The translations under genes and the position numbers were made by a program. Below are positions 24,961-38,985 of a stretch of 64,000 nucleotides of DNA, piece after piece (position 1 is the first letter of the stretch; every line of letters begins with the position of its first letter). The notes beneath the pieces were generated by a model. That model had not been told where the DNA came from. It did not search any database and worked only from the letters and a program-made list of their open reading frames with translations. The DNA comes from Epiperipatus broadwayi. Its lineage: Eukaryota > Animalia > Onychophora. The stretch lies in contig JAQFVV010000007.1 of assembly GCA_028023455.1 (NCBI GenBank), positions 6,448,001 to 6,512,000 of the forward strand, read 5' to 3'.

Positions 24961-25968
24961 AGTGCACTAATAAATGTATTCAAAATATTTAACTTGATTT
25001 GTAATTTTTTTTGCTTTATAAGTCTTTCTATCATCCGTAAATGTATTTATTTAAATTTTCTTTCGACTAATTAGATTACTTTTGACTTTATTATTAAAGT
25101 ATATGAAACTTTCTACAGTGTTTAGTCCCATTAATTTTGATTTTTTAAAGCCTTAACGAAACTGAGCAAAGAAAATATTTAAAGCTCACTCTATACTTTC
25201 TTATAATTACAACTGATATAATTATTTATTTGGCAAATGAATATTTATGGGCAAATCACCACTACTCATCATTCAATGTGATGTTGTTGACTTTTGTCTT
25301 TAAGACAGTGTTTTTTTTCCAAAAGCATGACAGTTTTTAATTGAAATATTAGCTGAGTTTTCTAGAAGGCAAGAAGAATGTGTGTGGATATTTATAATCA
25401 GAACAGTCAAAACTAAATAATAACCCTTATATTTAGTAGATTGTAAAATCTTCAACCGAAGCAGAGTTTGTGATGGCACTAATGACTGATCAGTTTTGGA
25501 CTTCAGCTGCTATTTAATGATAACTTTTCGTTTATTTTACAAGTAAGCAACTTTAAAAAAAGGGAAAATTGCATAAAGTGAAAAAAAGAAACCAAACAAC
25601 TATTTGACATTAAATAAAAGACTTAGTGAAAGTAGAAATGTTAAAAGACGATCGAAAAAATGGATATGTATTTTACTAAAGAAATAAATGTTAGAAGAAT
25701 TACCAAAAAGGAATTCATTAATAACAAAAATAGAAAAAAAAACATTATTATGAAGAGTGATGTTATCAGACATGGATTAATTATCCAACTGAAGGGAAGA
25801 TATTAAATGCAAATAACTCAGGTTTACATCCTAATAGATTTCCCTTGTAATAAATAAGTAGACAATTTATATTGACATACAAAATGCGTTTGATCAGATA
25901 AAACAATACTTTAAAATTGTCCTCGCAGAGTGACTGAAAGCTAAAAATGTTTTTTTATATATGTTAAA

Positions 25969-25997
25969 GCGTTGACCGGGAAGCGAACCCAGGCCAA
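25969..25997 (-). mobile_element. 3' half of a tRNA-Gly-derived SINE
   Basis: Minus strand TTGGCCTGGGTTCGCTTCCCGGTCAACGC followed by TTTAACATATATAAAAAAAC, the same tail type as the 31678 copy. Confidence 0.7.
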
Positions 25998-26837
25998 AAG
26001 ATAAAAATGTTGGGAGTAAATTTGGCGATGCAGACAAAATGGGAGAAGGCATAGATTTATGAAATTTACAAAAAACAAACAAACAAATATTTCCCTCTAT
26101 CCCCCTTTTTTTTTTTATTGAGAATAATTGAAAGTAAAAATATGCATAGAAGTATCCAAATAAAAATATAAAAAAGGTGGATTCCATTTTAAATAATACA
26201 AAATATATATGTATTTAGTTATTGCCTATTAATATGTAAGATAGATATTTATTCACAACCGGAGAAACAACAAATTTTATAAAAACAGATTGATAATCCC
26301 AATCTATAGTAATACTCCAGTGAATTTGAACAAGAATTCTTCTCCTATTTTCAAATGCTAACACATTTCAAAAATAACTCAAACTTAAGTGAAATCAATA
26401 AGATGATTAATAAATACCTCTATTAAGGTTATCTGCGTAGATATTTTTAATACATAAAAAGCAGAAATTCATTTGTAAATTTTTAATTGAATAAGAAAAT
26501 ATATATGAAGAAAAAAAGAGATATGACAATATTTTAACATCTCTTATTAAAAAAAAACACAAACATTTGAAATTTATAAAAAAATATTAATAATGGGGTA
26601 ATGCATTTTTCATAAAAAATATGACAAATTTTCACAGAATACCAGTCATTTTTCAAATATTTCAATGAATACTGCATCATCTAAACTGCTTTAAATTAAA
26701 TAAAGTAATGTAAAAAGTGCATTAGGAAAGCATGTTTTTTGTAAACATTTTAAAAAGCAATGTAATAAGTATGGAAGTTATTTATAATGCATTTAGTACT
26801 GGAAGAAAAGTTGTATGAGCACTAATAAGAAAAGTAC

Positions 26838-27486
26838 TGTCATATCTGACCCTCCCTTCAGAAGTGGATTATTCCAGATTCCTTGCCTGATTGGCCAGCA
26901 TCCAGTTGCTATCCAATGGGGGTGAATCCTCTGCTGGGGTTCACAGTCTGAATCTGAGGGTTCCAAGTAAGCAAGGGATCTGACAATAAATAGTCAGTCT
27001 TTTTGGAGGCAAGATAGAGAGAGAGTGTGAGTGTTAACTTCTGTTAACCTGAATAATTGAACATGCTCTCCAGTGAAACCTCTGCCTACAGCAAAGGTGT
27101 CTTCACTAGTCACTACTGATACAGCTACATAGTGAGGCAAGTACACTTGGGACTAGAAACTGCTATGACTGCAGTTGACCCAAGGCAAGCTGTCAAAGTG
27201 CAGCTGAAAGAGTCCAAACTAGAGCTGACTTGAGGCAAGCTGTCCAGTACAGCTGGAAGAGTTTTATTGGAACTCATGAGGAAGGATAATCATATAGCTG
27301 GAAGTGAGTTCCATCACTTGGTATGACTAACTCATCATTAATTGTGCAAATTCTATTTATATTATTAATTAACTAATGTGTGAGTATTTTATAAGTAATA
27401 AATTATATATATTAATTGTTGAGTAGTTTGTCATTACTTTTTCTGTTGGTTTGGAACTGAACCTGTAAATCAAGTTAAACACAAAA
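26838..27486 (+). repeat. 5' LTR (649 bp)
   Basis: Starts TGTCATATCTGACC, ends AAACACAAAA; roughly 80% identical by eye to the 3' LTR. Confidence 0.92.
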
Positions 27487-30400
27487 GATCTGGTGCAGTC
27501 ATATACAAGGAAAAATTTCCCCTCATAACTGGAATGCATATATTGCATTTTTTTGGGAAAAAAAAGAGACATTTGCCATGGTTACTTTATGGTAATTATA
27601 AAATCGCTTAAAACTGCTTCAAATAAAAATTGACCACAAACATAAAGGCGTGTCAATTAGAAGCCATAATCAATCATGACAGCTTTACTCACAACATAGT
27701 GAGAAACTCACACTGATGGTTTAAAGCTTCATTGAGCTAGCAACAAACAGTAGTGTAAAAAAGTAAGAGTGGTAACTCTGAAATAAAAATTGGTTTTGTA
27801 CAGCTACAAACAGTAGTAGAAAATAATTACAAATGGTATCTCATATAAATAAGTATGGGTAATACAATTGACCCTATGGAAGCTTTTGATCTGGATCAAT
27901 CTGAGGACTGGTCTTATGTAAGGAGTGCTTGATATCTTACCTACAGGCTAATCAGATAAAAAAGCCTGAGTTAAAGTTAGCCACACTAATGACCATGATA
28001 AATCTGCAGATGTACTACATACTAAATCTCAGTCTATGGCAGAAACCACAGCTGACCTGGATTTTGACAAAGCATTGACAATTCTCACAGAGTATTCCCC
28101 CCCCCCCCAATCCTTGATAATAATGCACAGATATCACTTCAATATCAGCATTCAAGAATGGGGGGGAAACAGCTAGAGAATTTGCAACAGAAATCTGAAC
28201 ATTAGCATTGAAGTGCATTTTCAAATACTTCATGAATGAAGCACTTCATGATTATTTTATTTGTGGCATAAACAATCACAATTTAAGGCTAAAAATGTTG
28301 ATGATTCTGGGTTTAGATTTTGAAACATCTATAGCTCAAGCAGTACTAGCTGAATTAATAGTTAATCAAGCTACCCCATTAAAAAAATTACTAAGTATGA
28401 TGTGCAAAAAATCAAGCATAACACTGGGATAGTCAAATACTCAGCCAGTTCAGAGAACTCAGCATCGAATAATCTAAGTCTTTGCTATAGATGCAATGAG
28501 AAAATGCACATGCATACAAAATGCTAACACCATTATAAAACATGTAAATTTTGCAAGTGAGTCAGACATATAAAGGTAGCATGTCTGAAATTAAGAGACA
28601 GATGGCTGATATGAGAATGGAAAATCCATTCCAAAAAATAGTAAAGGCATATAAGAATGGAAAATCCATTCCAAAAAATAGTAAAGGCATATAAGAAAAA
28701 TAATCTAGTTACCTGTATAAATCATATCAAAGATGACCGGTCTAGATTTATACACTTATAATTAATGATAATCTAATTAGAATGGAACTGGACACAGGCT
28801 CTGCAGTGCCTACTGTTTCAAGAAAGATCTAGGTGATCATTAATAGAAATAATAAATATAGTCTGCATCCTAGCAGCAAGTCAATATCAGATTATGAAGG
28901 AAATAAAATTAAACTGTTGAGCCAGACAACATGGAAAATTACAATGCCTAACAAGACTATATACTTATCACTGGTAGTGGCATCATAGGCCATGACTATT
29001 TTCAGTCATTTAAGGTTTAAAATGACAAAAGTGAACCAGATCACAACATTAACAAAGCTAAACAAAGATATAGGTCTGTACTTAGGGCAACCTATCCATT
29101 TACCACTAAATGGAGAGGTGAAACCTATCAGTTGTTGGTGCAGACTACTTCCACTAGCTTTGCATACTAAAGTAGAAGCAGAGATCAGAAAGTGGGAAGC
29201 AGCAGGTATAATAGAGCCCACATATTCAGAATGGGCCACCCCAATAGTACCAATAATTAAAGAAAATGTTGATGTATGTATATGTGGAGATTATCAATGC
29301 ACAATTCTTGATCTAGATAATTACCTCACTTCCATTAGCCAAACAAATCCTATCCACACTGTCAGATGGTTGCATTTTTACCAAGATTGATCTAACATGA
29401 ATACTTGCAACTGTGTGTGGATGACCAGGCTGCAAGAGCATTATCAATAACAATACATAAGGTATTATTCAAGATGAACTGATTACCTTTTGGTATATCA
29501 GTTGCAAAAACTATATTCCAGAGAATCATGGATCAACTGACTGCTGCAATAGTGGCACTACCACATTTCAGTGATGCTTTACTAGTGGGACAAACACCAG
29601 AACAATTCTGCAGTGCCACCAAGGAACTCCTAGATAAATTCCAAAGCCTCTGGCATTAAAATAAATTGGGAGAAGTGCTTATATGAAGATCATGAGCTTG
29701 AATTTCTGGGATATAAAATAAATACTGACATTGAAGCCAAAATCCACCACTGCTGGCAGTGCAAGATGAATCAGAACATGCCAGAAAAAGACAAAAGAGT
29801 CCAGTGGCCCAAATCTGAAGACCTGGTATAGCTCTATCTGGACCATGCAGGCCTGTGGAAAGGCAATCTGCTGTTGATAGTGGTTGATTCATTCTCCAAG
29901 TGGCTAGAGGTAGTGGAGGTACCATCACTTCACTCCATGGTCATGATAGAAGCTTTGAAAAGGCTATTTGTCACACATGGCTTTCCTAGAACATTAGTGA
30001 CTGATAATGGCACAACTTTTCAGCAAGTGCATTCAAAGCCTTCTGCAATAATAATAACATCAAGCTAATGAACAGTCCTACATTCCACCCTGAAAGCTAT
30101 GGTCTGTCAGAGAGATTGGTTCAAGAAGCAAAAAAGCTGATAACAAAAATGGATACAGGAAGCTGGAACACCAGAATTTCCAGGGCACTGCCAGCACAGT
30201 ACTCCACACCTAGTGCAGCAACAAGGATGTCTCCAGCAGAAATGCTATTCAACAGACCCCTGCAAACTATTCTATCAATCCTGAGGACTGATGCCAAACT
30301 TGAACAAAAGGAAAAAAGCAAAATAAAAGTGCAAATAGGTACACAGGTACTGTGCAGGATTATACTACAGGTCCACAAAATGGATACCAGTGGTGGTGAC

Positions 30401-30714
30401 ACAACTAAAGGGTCTCTATACTGTTGTAGTGCAAATAGAAGACGGTCATAAACATCATCACCATCTTAACCAACTGAGACTGAATCACACTGAAGCTGAC
30501 AAAAGCAGTAAACAACCTAAGGCAAGTACATCAGGTGAGAAACACGAATAGCAAAGTGAAGGTGGCAGCAAACATCCAGGAACAAATTCATCAAACAAAG
30601 AAGAAAAAACCAGGAACAGTAAAAAACAGGAGCCACCAACAAAGTGGACAATATGTCATCCAGAACATCTTGACAACTATGTTCTCCAGGGTTAATTTTA
30701 TCCAGGGGGAGAAA

Positions 30715-31365
30715 TGTCATATCTGACCTTGCCCTCAGAAGTGAACTATTACAGATTCCTTGCCTGATTGGCTAGCACCTGGCTGCTATCCAATGAGGGT
30801 GAATTTTTTATTGGGGTTCACACTCTGAATCCAAATGTTTCCAGTAAGGTAAGAAATCAGACAATAAATAGTCAGCCTTTTTGGAGGCAAGGCAGAGAGA
30901 GAGAGAGAGAATTAACTTCTGTCAACCTGAAAGGCTTAATCTGTTCTTCAGTGAAACCTCTGCCTACAAGCAAGGGCATCTTCACTAGTTACTACTGATA
31001 TGTCTATGTAGTGAGGTAAGTCCACCTAGGACTGAAAACTGCTACAATTGAAGTTGACTAGGAGCAAGCTATCTGAGTGCATTGGAAGACTCTGAACTAA
31101 AGCTGATTTGAAACAAGTTGTCCTGTACAGTTGGAAGAGTCTTACTTGAATTCATGAGGCAGGCTAATCATACAGCTAGAAGTGAGTTCCATCACTTAGT
31201 ATGACTATCTCATCATTAATTGTATAAACTCTATTTATATTATTGATTAACTAATCTGTATGTATTTTGTAACTAATAAATTTATACATATTAATTGTTG
31301 AGCAGTTTGTCATTACTTTTTCTGTTGGTTGGGAACTGAACCTGTAAATCAAGCCAAACACAACA
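30715..31365 (+). repeat. 3' LTR (651 bp)
   Basis: Starts TGTCATATCTGACC, ends AAACACAACA, directly followed by the TSD AGTAC. Confidence 0.93.
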
Positions 31366-31386
31366 AGTACATTATTACTAAAAGAA

Positions 31387-31655
31387 GAAATGACATCATG
31401 AAGTATGTGAAGGAATTTTACAAAGAATTATATAGTAATAAAAAAAATAATGCAGAAACTACAATTATAATATCTTTTAAAATGCCAGAATTTTAAATGA
31501 AGAGTAGAGACATAAAATGAAATGACATCATGAAGTATGTGGAGGAATTTTACAAAGAATTATATAGTAATAAAAAAAAATAATGCAGAAACTACAATTA
31601 TAATATCTTTTAAAATGCCAGAATTTTAAATGAAGAGTAGAGACATAAAATGAAA
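31387..31655 (+). repeat. ~132 bp tandem duplication of a LINE-like fragment
   Basis: TGACATCATGAAGTATGTG at 31391 and 31523. The unit translates to RRNDIMKYVKEFYKELYS, resembling a LINE EN-RT linker. Confidence 0.9.
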
Positions 31656-31677
31656 TCCCAAGGAAAAAAAAAGTCAA

Positions 31678-31749
31678 GCGTTGGTGGCCTAGTGGTTAGC
31701 ATAGCTGCCTTCCAAGTAGCTGGTCTGGGTTCGTTTCACAGTCAACGCA
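31678..31749 (+). pseudogene. tRNA-Gly(TCC)-derived sequence (SINE copy or tRNA pseudogene)
   Basis: GCGTTGGTGGCCTAGTGGTTAGCATAGCTGCCTTCCAAGTAGC..GGTTCGTTTCACAGTCAACGCA: acceptor and anticodon stems pair, but the T-stem is mismatched and the T-loop A is lost. Confidence 0.85.
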
Positions 31750-32899
31750 TTTGATATATAAAAAAAACAATTCCAGAAAATGATAGAATTAATATTGATA
31801 ACATAAATAAAGTAGATAAAAAAAATAGAGAAATTGTTGGCAAAGCTATATATAAAATATCAAAATGATAAAAAATAAATAAATTTTGATCTAAAACCAA
31901 ATACAAAAAATGGATTAAGGATGATTATCCGAGAGTATAAAAAGTACTGAGTATAAAACACCATCCTGCTTTAGTTTGCAGATTATGAAAATATATTTTT
32001 CTCTATTATAATTGTACTAAAATGCAACATTGATATTTAGACTACATAAGGACATGAAGAGATTAACATAAGAGGGAATCACAGAGTGGTTTTGTAAATA
32101 AAAGTTTTATGAAAAGTATTTTCTGCAGTCTTAGATGAATCAATAAAAGAAACAACATTAATATTTGTTTTTTTGTTTTGCAGTACTATCTGTGCTCATT
32201 TTACTAGTGTATATGCTCCAATATTGGATTCAAAGAGTTTAGAAACATCAAACTCTTACTTAATGCTGGTTAGTATTATTAATTTAATTCCATTATGAGG
32301 TAGAAATGTTTTTTTTAAAGAGTGTAATGCACATGTTAATATAAACAATACATTTTGGCCAAATGGCTATCATTAACATGTTGATAGGTGAAAACAACAT
32401 TTATAAAGTTAAGAGCCAGGATGCAGAACAAGTTCTTATTACATGAGCACTTATGAGTGAAAATTATAGGTTAGTTTATTGACTAAACTTAAGATAAAAA
32501 TAGTTGCTTTACAAAAGAGATCTAATTACAATTGTATTCATAAAAAAACTTTATATTTGCTCTGTGTGGTTTGGTGCAGTGTAGGGTGTCCAACTTTGGA
32601 GCATAAGGTTCTCAAATCAATTCCATTTCTAGTACTCTTATGAATAAAGCCATTCATTTATTTTACTTATTTATCCAGCACCCACATTACATTTCAACAA
32701 CTAACTATTCAATACTAAAATTAATAATTTGGAGTTAAAGAATTGTCATGTTATTGAGATATAAAATTCTCTTAAAGTGTCCATAAACTGATGTAAATAA
32801 AACATTCATTAGATTTACTGAAAATTTTAAATTCATTTCTGCCTGATATAATAATAAAGTGAATACGAATTCTCATAATCGACATAAAGGTTTAAAGAC

Positions 32900-34500
32900 A
32901 TGAGTTCAAGAGCTGATAAGGTTAAAAGTGTTTAATGGATCACAAAGTTCAATTTAGACCTTTTTTTGACACATTGAAAATATGGACCTGAAAAATAATA
33001 TCCTATTAAATCCATCAATGCCATTCTCATACATGATAACAAGGTATTTTGAATAGGTGTTAAACCTAGAGCTGAGATAATAGCTTTTCTATTCTGCTGA
33101 CTCAATTAGACTTTGAATAAATATATGCAGCATAGTGAGGTTATAACAGCTCTTTGTAAATCTTACAAATGGAAAAGATGAAGATAAGGCTGAATTATCT
33201 TGAGAAGTTTTCAAATAGGTGCTAATAGATTAGATTTTAAACCTCTGAAAGTTTTAGAAAAAATATATGGTCATGTAATTATGAGATCTGATCATAAGAA
33301 TGCCTTCAGTGTTTCTATTTAATAAAATAAAAAGGGAAGAGATGTCTGCAATAACTATCATAAATCATTTATATACTACAATAAAGGTATTTTCAAGAAT
33401 TTTCTTGAATGGATTACTTCCATTGATAGAAGATGTTTATCAGAGACTCAATATGGTTTTAAAGAATTAAGAAGCTCTATAGATATAGTTTTGTTTTCCA
33501 GAAAATGCAATAAAAAAATCAGGAACAAAAGACTGGTTTATATATTCATTTGGGTAAGATATTTGACTCAATCAAATAGATCTATGACACTGTTTGAAAT
33601 AATTTGGGTGTTTACAAAATTTATTTGTATTTTGCAGCTTCTGTATAATGAAATGAGAGAAAATGTTATTACTGTAGTTGGAAAACCTGTCATTTGAAAT
33701 AACAGTGGGTGTTAAAAGGATGTCTACTTGGTTCAACATTATTTGATTTTAATGACAGTAACATTTGAAACTGTTTATAGGGAGTTTAATAAAATAAGGA
33801 TCAAGATGCAATATAAATTTGATGGTGGAAATTTTTTATTTGAATCTAGTAAAAGTGAATACTTAATTTTCTTGGATTCTGGAATTACAGTATGAACCAC
33901 TTTCAACTTTCTCCATACAATAATCTCACCTACATCAAGACATAGTAATCAATGGATGCGAGGTTTGTATACTGGTGGGAGTATTATATAAAGAAAGTTG
34001 CTACTGTTTTAACATATTGTATAAGCACAAGAAAGAAATGATGATTGTTCAAAATATGATCTACAAAATGTTTTTTTATGTTTTTAATGCGATGGATAAA
34101 GACTTTGATTTACTAATTAATGTTTTAAAAAAAATAATGATTGTTTAGCAGCCAGTTATGGGGGGAAAAATCTTCAGCAACTTTTAGCTTGGATTGTTAT
34201 CAACTTCACAATATTAGGCAATTTAAATATTTTGATAGCTTTTTAAAATATAAAAATGGATGTTGAGAGTCCCCACAGACTCAAAGTGATATAATGACTG
34301 TAATCAAATGATCTGCATGTGGAGCTGGAATTATATCCAAATGTATTATATGGAAATGAAATTTGGTCTCCCTACCAAGGTAATATAAAAGCATTAAAAA
34401 AATTTAATTTTTAGACATTCCAAAAAATTACAAAAATATGATGACAAGATAAGACCCATCAATTTATTTTCCAGTTCACTGGATGTGATACCATAAGGCA
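32900..34500 (+). mobile_element. Decayed LINE RT region
   Basis: GGTGTTAAAAGGATGTCTACTTGGTTCAACATTATTT resembles GV.QGC.LGP.LF; the block AAAATCTTCAGCAACTTTT..CTTGGAT is shared with the inverted copy at 36300-36360. Confidence 0.5.
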
Positions 34501-35157
34501 CAGTTTTATTTTATTGGATTCATGATGTGGCAATAAGAGATCTACTATAAAGCATTTTATAATGAATTTGAATATGATTTTCTTGGCAGAGACATATAAA
34601 AATATTCTTAAAAAGTATAATATCCAGCTATCTAACTCTAATAGGTCTGGGGATAAGAATATTCTTTTAAAATCTCTCTTACTGCACTTATTAAATAAGA
34701 GCTTGTTTGAGCTATTAGTATGCTCCCTATATTACATATTTGTAAATACAAGCTTAAGGCTTTGTCGATGCTAAGGCTATTAATATATGGTAGATCTGAA
34801 TTTGGTTCAGTCCCATATAGCTATATGAGTTAGATAGCTGGATTTAAAGATATTTTTGTGTCTGACAATTTCAGAGTTTCTTCTCAATAGTTACATATTA
34901 AATAAGTGCTGGGTTTTGATTTGATATTTTAGATCTAGTGTCGAAAGGTTCTAGCTCCTCACTGAGGTGAGTCATAAGTTTGAAACCAATTGGTCTGGGA
35001 ATAGGAAGATTCTAGATAGAGATTTTAAATATTTTCTTATACCACCCTTATTAAATAAGAACTTGTTTGAGCTATTGGTACACTTCCTGTATTACATATT
35101 TATTATTTTATATGTGTACATAGTTATGATTTTTAAATGGAATACTTTGTATAGTTA

Positions 35158-35346
35158 TTATAGAACTCATCTTTAGTTTATTATTATTTGTCTTTATATA
35201 TCATTATGGAACTTGGATTGGCCATATTTGTTCTGCTGAAATTCTGTGGATTATAGAACTCATCTTTAGTTTATTATTATTTGTCTTTATATATCATTAT
35301 GGAACTTGGATTGGCTATATTTGTTCTGCTGAAATTTTGTGGATTA
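35158..35346 (+). repeat. 93 bp tandem duplication
   Basis: TAGAACTCATCTTTAGTTT at 35161 and 35254, two mismatches seen. Confidence 0.92.
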
Positions 35347-36049
35347 AGATGGGAAGCTAAGAGAATAAAAATAAGTAGAAATTACTTCAGTCATCTAGAT
35401 TTTGAAAATGATGCTATTATTTTGTAAATAGTGCTTCAAAATTTGAAAAAATGTTCTATCAGATATAAGTAAGAAAATATGACTCTAGATAAATATTGAA
35501 AATGTTTTCTATCTTTTCAAAAAGATAAAAGTAAAGAAAGTGAATTAAAAGAAAGTGAATTAGAAGAAGTTAATATCTGCAAATATAATGAGCTAAATTA
35601 TTAATGTGGATAGAAGCACATTGAATAAAATTAATCATAGAATTAAACATTGATACTGCTACCATTTCAATTTCAAGATAAAAAATATAGAAATGAAAAA
35701 TAATAATATCCTACAGTAGGGTTTTGTGATGACTCTACAAACCATAAACGTTCCCTGTATTTTTATTTTTTTTTATAGGAAACTTTTCTTTCTGAAAGAT
35801 TTCAACACCCTGTCTTAATACAGGTATACATGACAACAATAATATATTCACCATTATATCTTCCTGATGAAAGCAATTAGAATTGCACTTTTTACAATGC
35901 TTTGAAATCATCTTTATTTGATAAATAGTGTCTGTATCTCACCAAAACCATGATCCAGTTCATTATAAAATTCTTTTTTTAAAAAAGTCTATGATCATTC
36001 ATTCATTCTCAAGTCTTATCCAATTAAGATGTGATTTTGTAGTAGTGGA

Positions 36050-36600
36050 TTCAACATCCAATAAGCCAAAGGACATACCCATTGGCCTTATGATCTCTCC
36101 ATCATATTTTTAATTTTTTATGGAGTATTCTTAAATGAAATTTTGATAATGCCATTATGATATATCAATACAAGATCCAAGTCTCACTTTCATATAAAAT
36201 AACAGCTCCTTATAAAATTAATTTTGATACAGTAATTATATACTGCATTGATACACACTATCTTTTAATTTGTTAAAAGCAATTTAAAAGGTCATCAAAT
36301 CTCTCATTATCAAAATGATAACCATCCAAGACAAAAGTTGCTGAAGATTTTTTTTACATCACTGACTGATAAAATCATGAGTTTTTTTGAACATTAATTA
36401 CTAAACCAAAATCTTAATATGTTGCAGGCAAAACATTAAGTAAATTACGTAGATCACCTTTTAAATTGGCAAGAATAATTCAACTAAAAAATTCCACCAA
36501 TCAATACTGTACTGATTTTTGCTGCCTGTTTCATGAAGATGTCTATAAATAGTTCCAAAGAGTATCCCCCCCCCCCAAAAAAAAAAAAAAAAAAACCCCG
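36050..36600 (-). mobile_element. Decayed LINE fragment homologous to 33950-34400, inverted
   Basis: The reverse complement contains AAAATCTTCAGCAACTTTTGTCTTGGATGGTTATCA and GGAGCTGTTATTTTATATGAAAGTGAGACTTGG. Confidence 0.5.
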
Positions 36601-37039
36601 AACAGGAGTTCTCATTTCAAGTAACCCAAATTTTCATATGTACTAATCACTCCTTCTACTTCATCATGTAAAATCTGCAAAACACAAATAAGCTTCAATA
36701 GTCAGTCATTCAGTTGATTTCAAATAATACTGCAAACCTATCAGATTAATATAAGCAAATATCTTGACCTAAATAACAAATATAAATCTCTTCTTTAATC
36801 CAAGCAGATTTCTGAATTTACCTGGCAACAAAACCATGTCTAAATAATTCTTGATTCTTTTAAAAAAACACACGGAGAGTCTTTGGTAATTGAAAGCAAT
36901 CTACAACAAAATCATTGATAGTATCTTTACTATAGTAGATAGCAACAATGGTATTTGATAATTATTTTAATAATTAAAAGAAGTAATTTAAAATGAAAAG
37001 AAAATATAAGTAGTGTTTAAAAAAAGAGGTTTTAAATAA

Positions 37040-37450
37040 ACGTTTTACTTGTGCTTAATTAATTATAGATCTGAGACTCGAACTCTTAATAGAAGATCAA
37101 TATAGAGGTTTTGGTTTACTAAGTAACAATATGTAAAGATATATGTTAAAGAAAACAGGAATGATTAAGCGCAACTTATATGCGTTACAGAATAAATCCA
37201 TATTACTAACATCACTGTAAGAATTTCTAGACTGAAATGGAAATGGACTGGACATGTTTTTAGAAAAATAACAATAGATAAATAGTTAAATCTTAAATTG
37301 GATTCCAAAAGATTGTAAAAGCGCTAGAAAATGCCACATGTAAGATGAAGTAAAAAATTTTTGATGTTATAATGCTAGGAAGAGAATCTACGTTTAGGAG
37401 CAACTGAATTGAATTAAAAAGACCACCTTGCATTGGATCGATACTGATTG
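37040..37450 (+). mobile_element. Decayed RTE 3' fragment
   Basis: AGACTGAAATGGAAATGGACTGGACATG (RLKWKWTGH) and AAATTGGATTCCAAAAGATTGTAAAA. Confidence 0.7.
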
Positions 37451-37921
37451 AAAATAATCCACGATGGTTAGGATATAATTTTTTTGTGTGTGTATATAGT
37501 AAAACGATTTTTATCCTTTCTCCAAACTAAATTCCGTATTTATTTTTATCTGTAAATATAGATCGGTCGATGTTATAATAAAAACTATTTTCTATTGCAT
37601 TATTATTAAAATATATATATTAAGAAAAAGAAAAGAGCAACTTTAATTAAAGAGTTTAATCAAAACCATTCGTAATTATTTTCCTGTTTCAATCATTCTT
37701 CCATTTCAAAGAATTAAATATAGAAATTAATATCAATTTAAAATCTTTATAAGGAAATGTTATTGTCCAGAAAAGATTTCTTTTACAAATCGTTTAGAAT
37801 ATTTCATAAAGGAAAAAATAAGTTTCATGACTAATAAGTGGATGAAATAAGAAAAAACTAGTCATCATGACTTGTTCCTCTACCCCTGCCTCTCAAGTAG
37901 TTGTTTCGCTTCACTTGTCTT

Positions 37922-38013
37922 GCGTTATTAGCCGAGAGGTATCGCAGCCGTCATGCAAGCAGACGGTTGTGGGTTCGCGTCCCGGCCGATGCTATGACAT
38001 ATGAAAAAAAAAA
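37922..38013 (+). mobile_element. tRNA-derived SINE
   Basis: TAGCCGAGAGGT A box, GGGTTCGCGTCCC B-box-like, tail GATGCTATGACATATGAAAAAAA shared with the 43285 copy. Confidence 0.75.
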
Positions 38014-38480
38014 TGTATTTCTTTCAAGAAAAGAATTTTAATTATGTCTACTATCCATTATTAGCTTTATTTTTTAATTTAATATAAGATGAAGTTCACC
38101 AGATGGAATGATTGATCCTATCTTAGTGGATTCATTAGCAGAACATCACATGACCTTAGCTTACACATTACTTTTAAATAGCATATCTATTTCTTATTCT
38201 TCAGTTCTGCCACCTAGTGTAAGCTTATCTAATCAATAGAAGACAGGTGGTAGTGCTTAATAAGTTTCTCATAAACAGAATTAAAAGTCCACTGATAAAG
38301 GTACATGTAGTCAAACATAAAATAAGAACCATATCATTAATGAGTATCAAAACTTTGGCTATAATTTCCAAATTGAAGGACTTAGTAATGTCACTAATGG
38401 ATCTATCTTTTGGTTAGAATCTCTACAAGTTTTCTTTAGAGATATTTAGTTAAAAGATAGGCTGTTCAAACATTATTCAT

Positions 38481-38518
38481 ATCAGACTAGTTTCTAGCTT
38501 ATGGCTTTTATCAGTAAG
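38481..38518 (-). ncRNA. Hammerhead family A, degenerate (CUGAUAA)
   Basis: Minus strand TTA-CTGATAA-AAGCCATAAGCTA-GAAA-CTAG-TC-TGA. Confidence 0.6.
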
Positions 38519-38944
38519 AAGTTTTGGGTGTAAATCTAAAGGACCTGCATTTTTTAAATCAAATCTATATTTGTTTCAGAAGCTCTCATTTACTTCATTT
38601 TACTATCAAATTATCAGCCTGAAATTTTAAAAAAATCCTAATGTTTTGAATCCAAGCCAATTTGCTATTTAAACATAATGTGCAAATAGAGTTTTGTTGG
38701 TATAATAACAATTATGTCCAAAAACATAGGTGACTATACTTGTTAAAAATAAAAACACCAAAATATATAGATATTGTACTGGTATTGGATCTCTATATTT
38801 ATGCAAATAAGATGGTTTGAATTCAAGACATTAAGATGTTTTTGAATTTCAAACAGCATGATAAAAAAATATAAATGGTGGCTTATGAAGACAAAATTCA
38901 TTAGTCTTAAAACATCCAGGTGTACCTTATTTACATTCAAAATT

Positions 38945-38985
38945 CCTCACTGATGAAAGCCAAAAGCTTTAAAACTAGATTGGGG
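38945..38985 (+). ncRNA. Hammerhead family A, degenerate (GAAA lost)
   Basis: CCTCA-CTGATGA-AAGCCAAAAGCTTT-AAAA-CTAG-AT-TGGGG. Confidence 0.55.

Larger units (their letters stand above)
26838..31365 (+). mobile_element. Ty3/gypsy LTR retrotransposon, decayed, with internal deletion of RNase H
   Basis: 5 bp TSD AGTAC at 26833-37 and 31366-70; two LTRs; TGG-initiated PBS-like site at 27491; PPT AGGGGGAGAAA before 30715. Coding remnants: gag (EALHDYFICGINN, CYRC and CKFC knuckles), protease (MELDTGSAV), RT (SEWATPIVPI, LPFGIS..FQRIMD) and integrase (IVVDSFSKWLEV, LVTDNG, FHPESYGLSER). Confidence 0.95.

Noticed and set aside
22040-24992. Several 60-150 aa ORFs opposite RTE fragments
   Set aside because: Antisense shadows of RTE sequence.
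27491-27510. Assignment of the gypsy primer tRNA
   Set aside because: Only TGGTGC matches; compatible with several tRNAs (for example Gly or His).
31678-31749. Functional tRNA-Gly gene, or tRNA-targeted insertion of the nearby gypsy element
   Set aside because: The T-arm is broken and the tail is shared with another copy, so it looks like a SINE; the 310 bp spacing alone is not evidence of targeting.
35864-35912. CTGATGA-AAGCA..TGCTT-TGAAA hammerhead-like core
   Set aside because: Helix I and the cleavage triplet cannot be formed.
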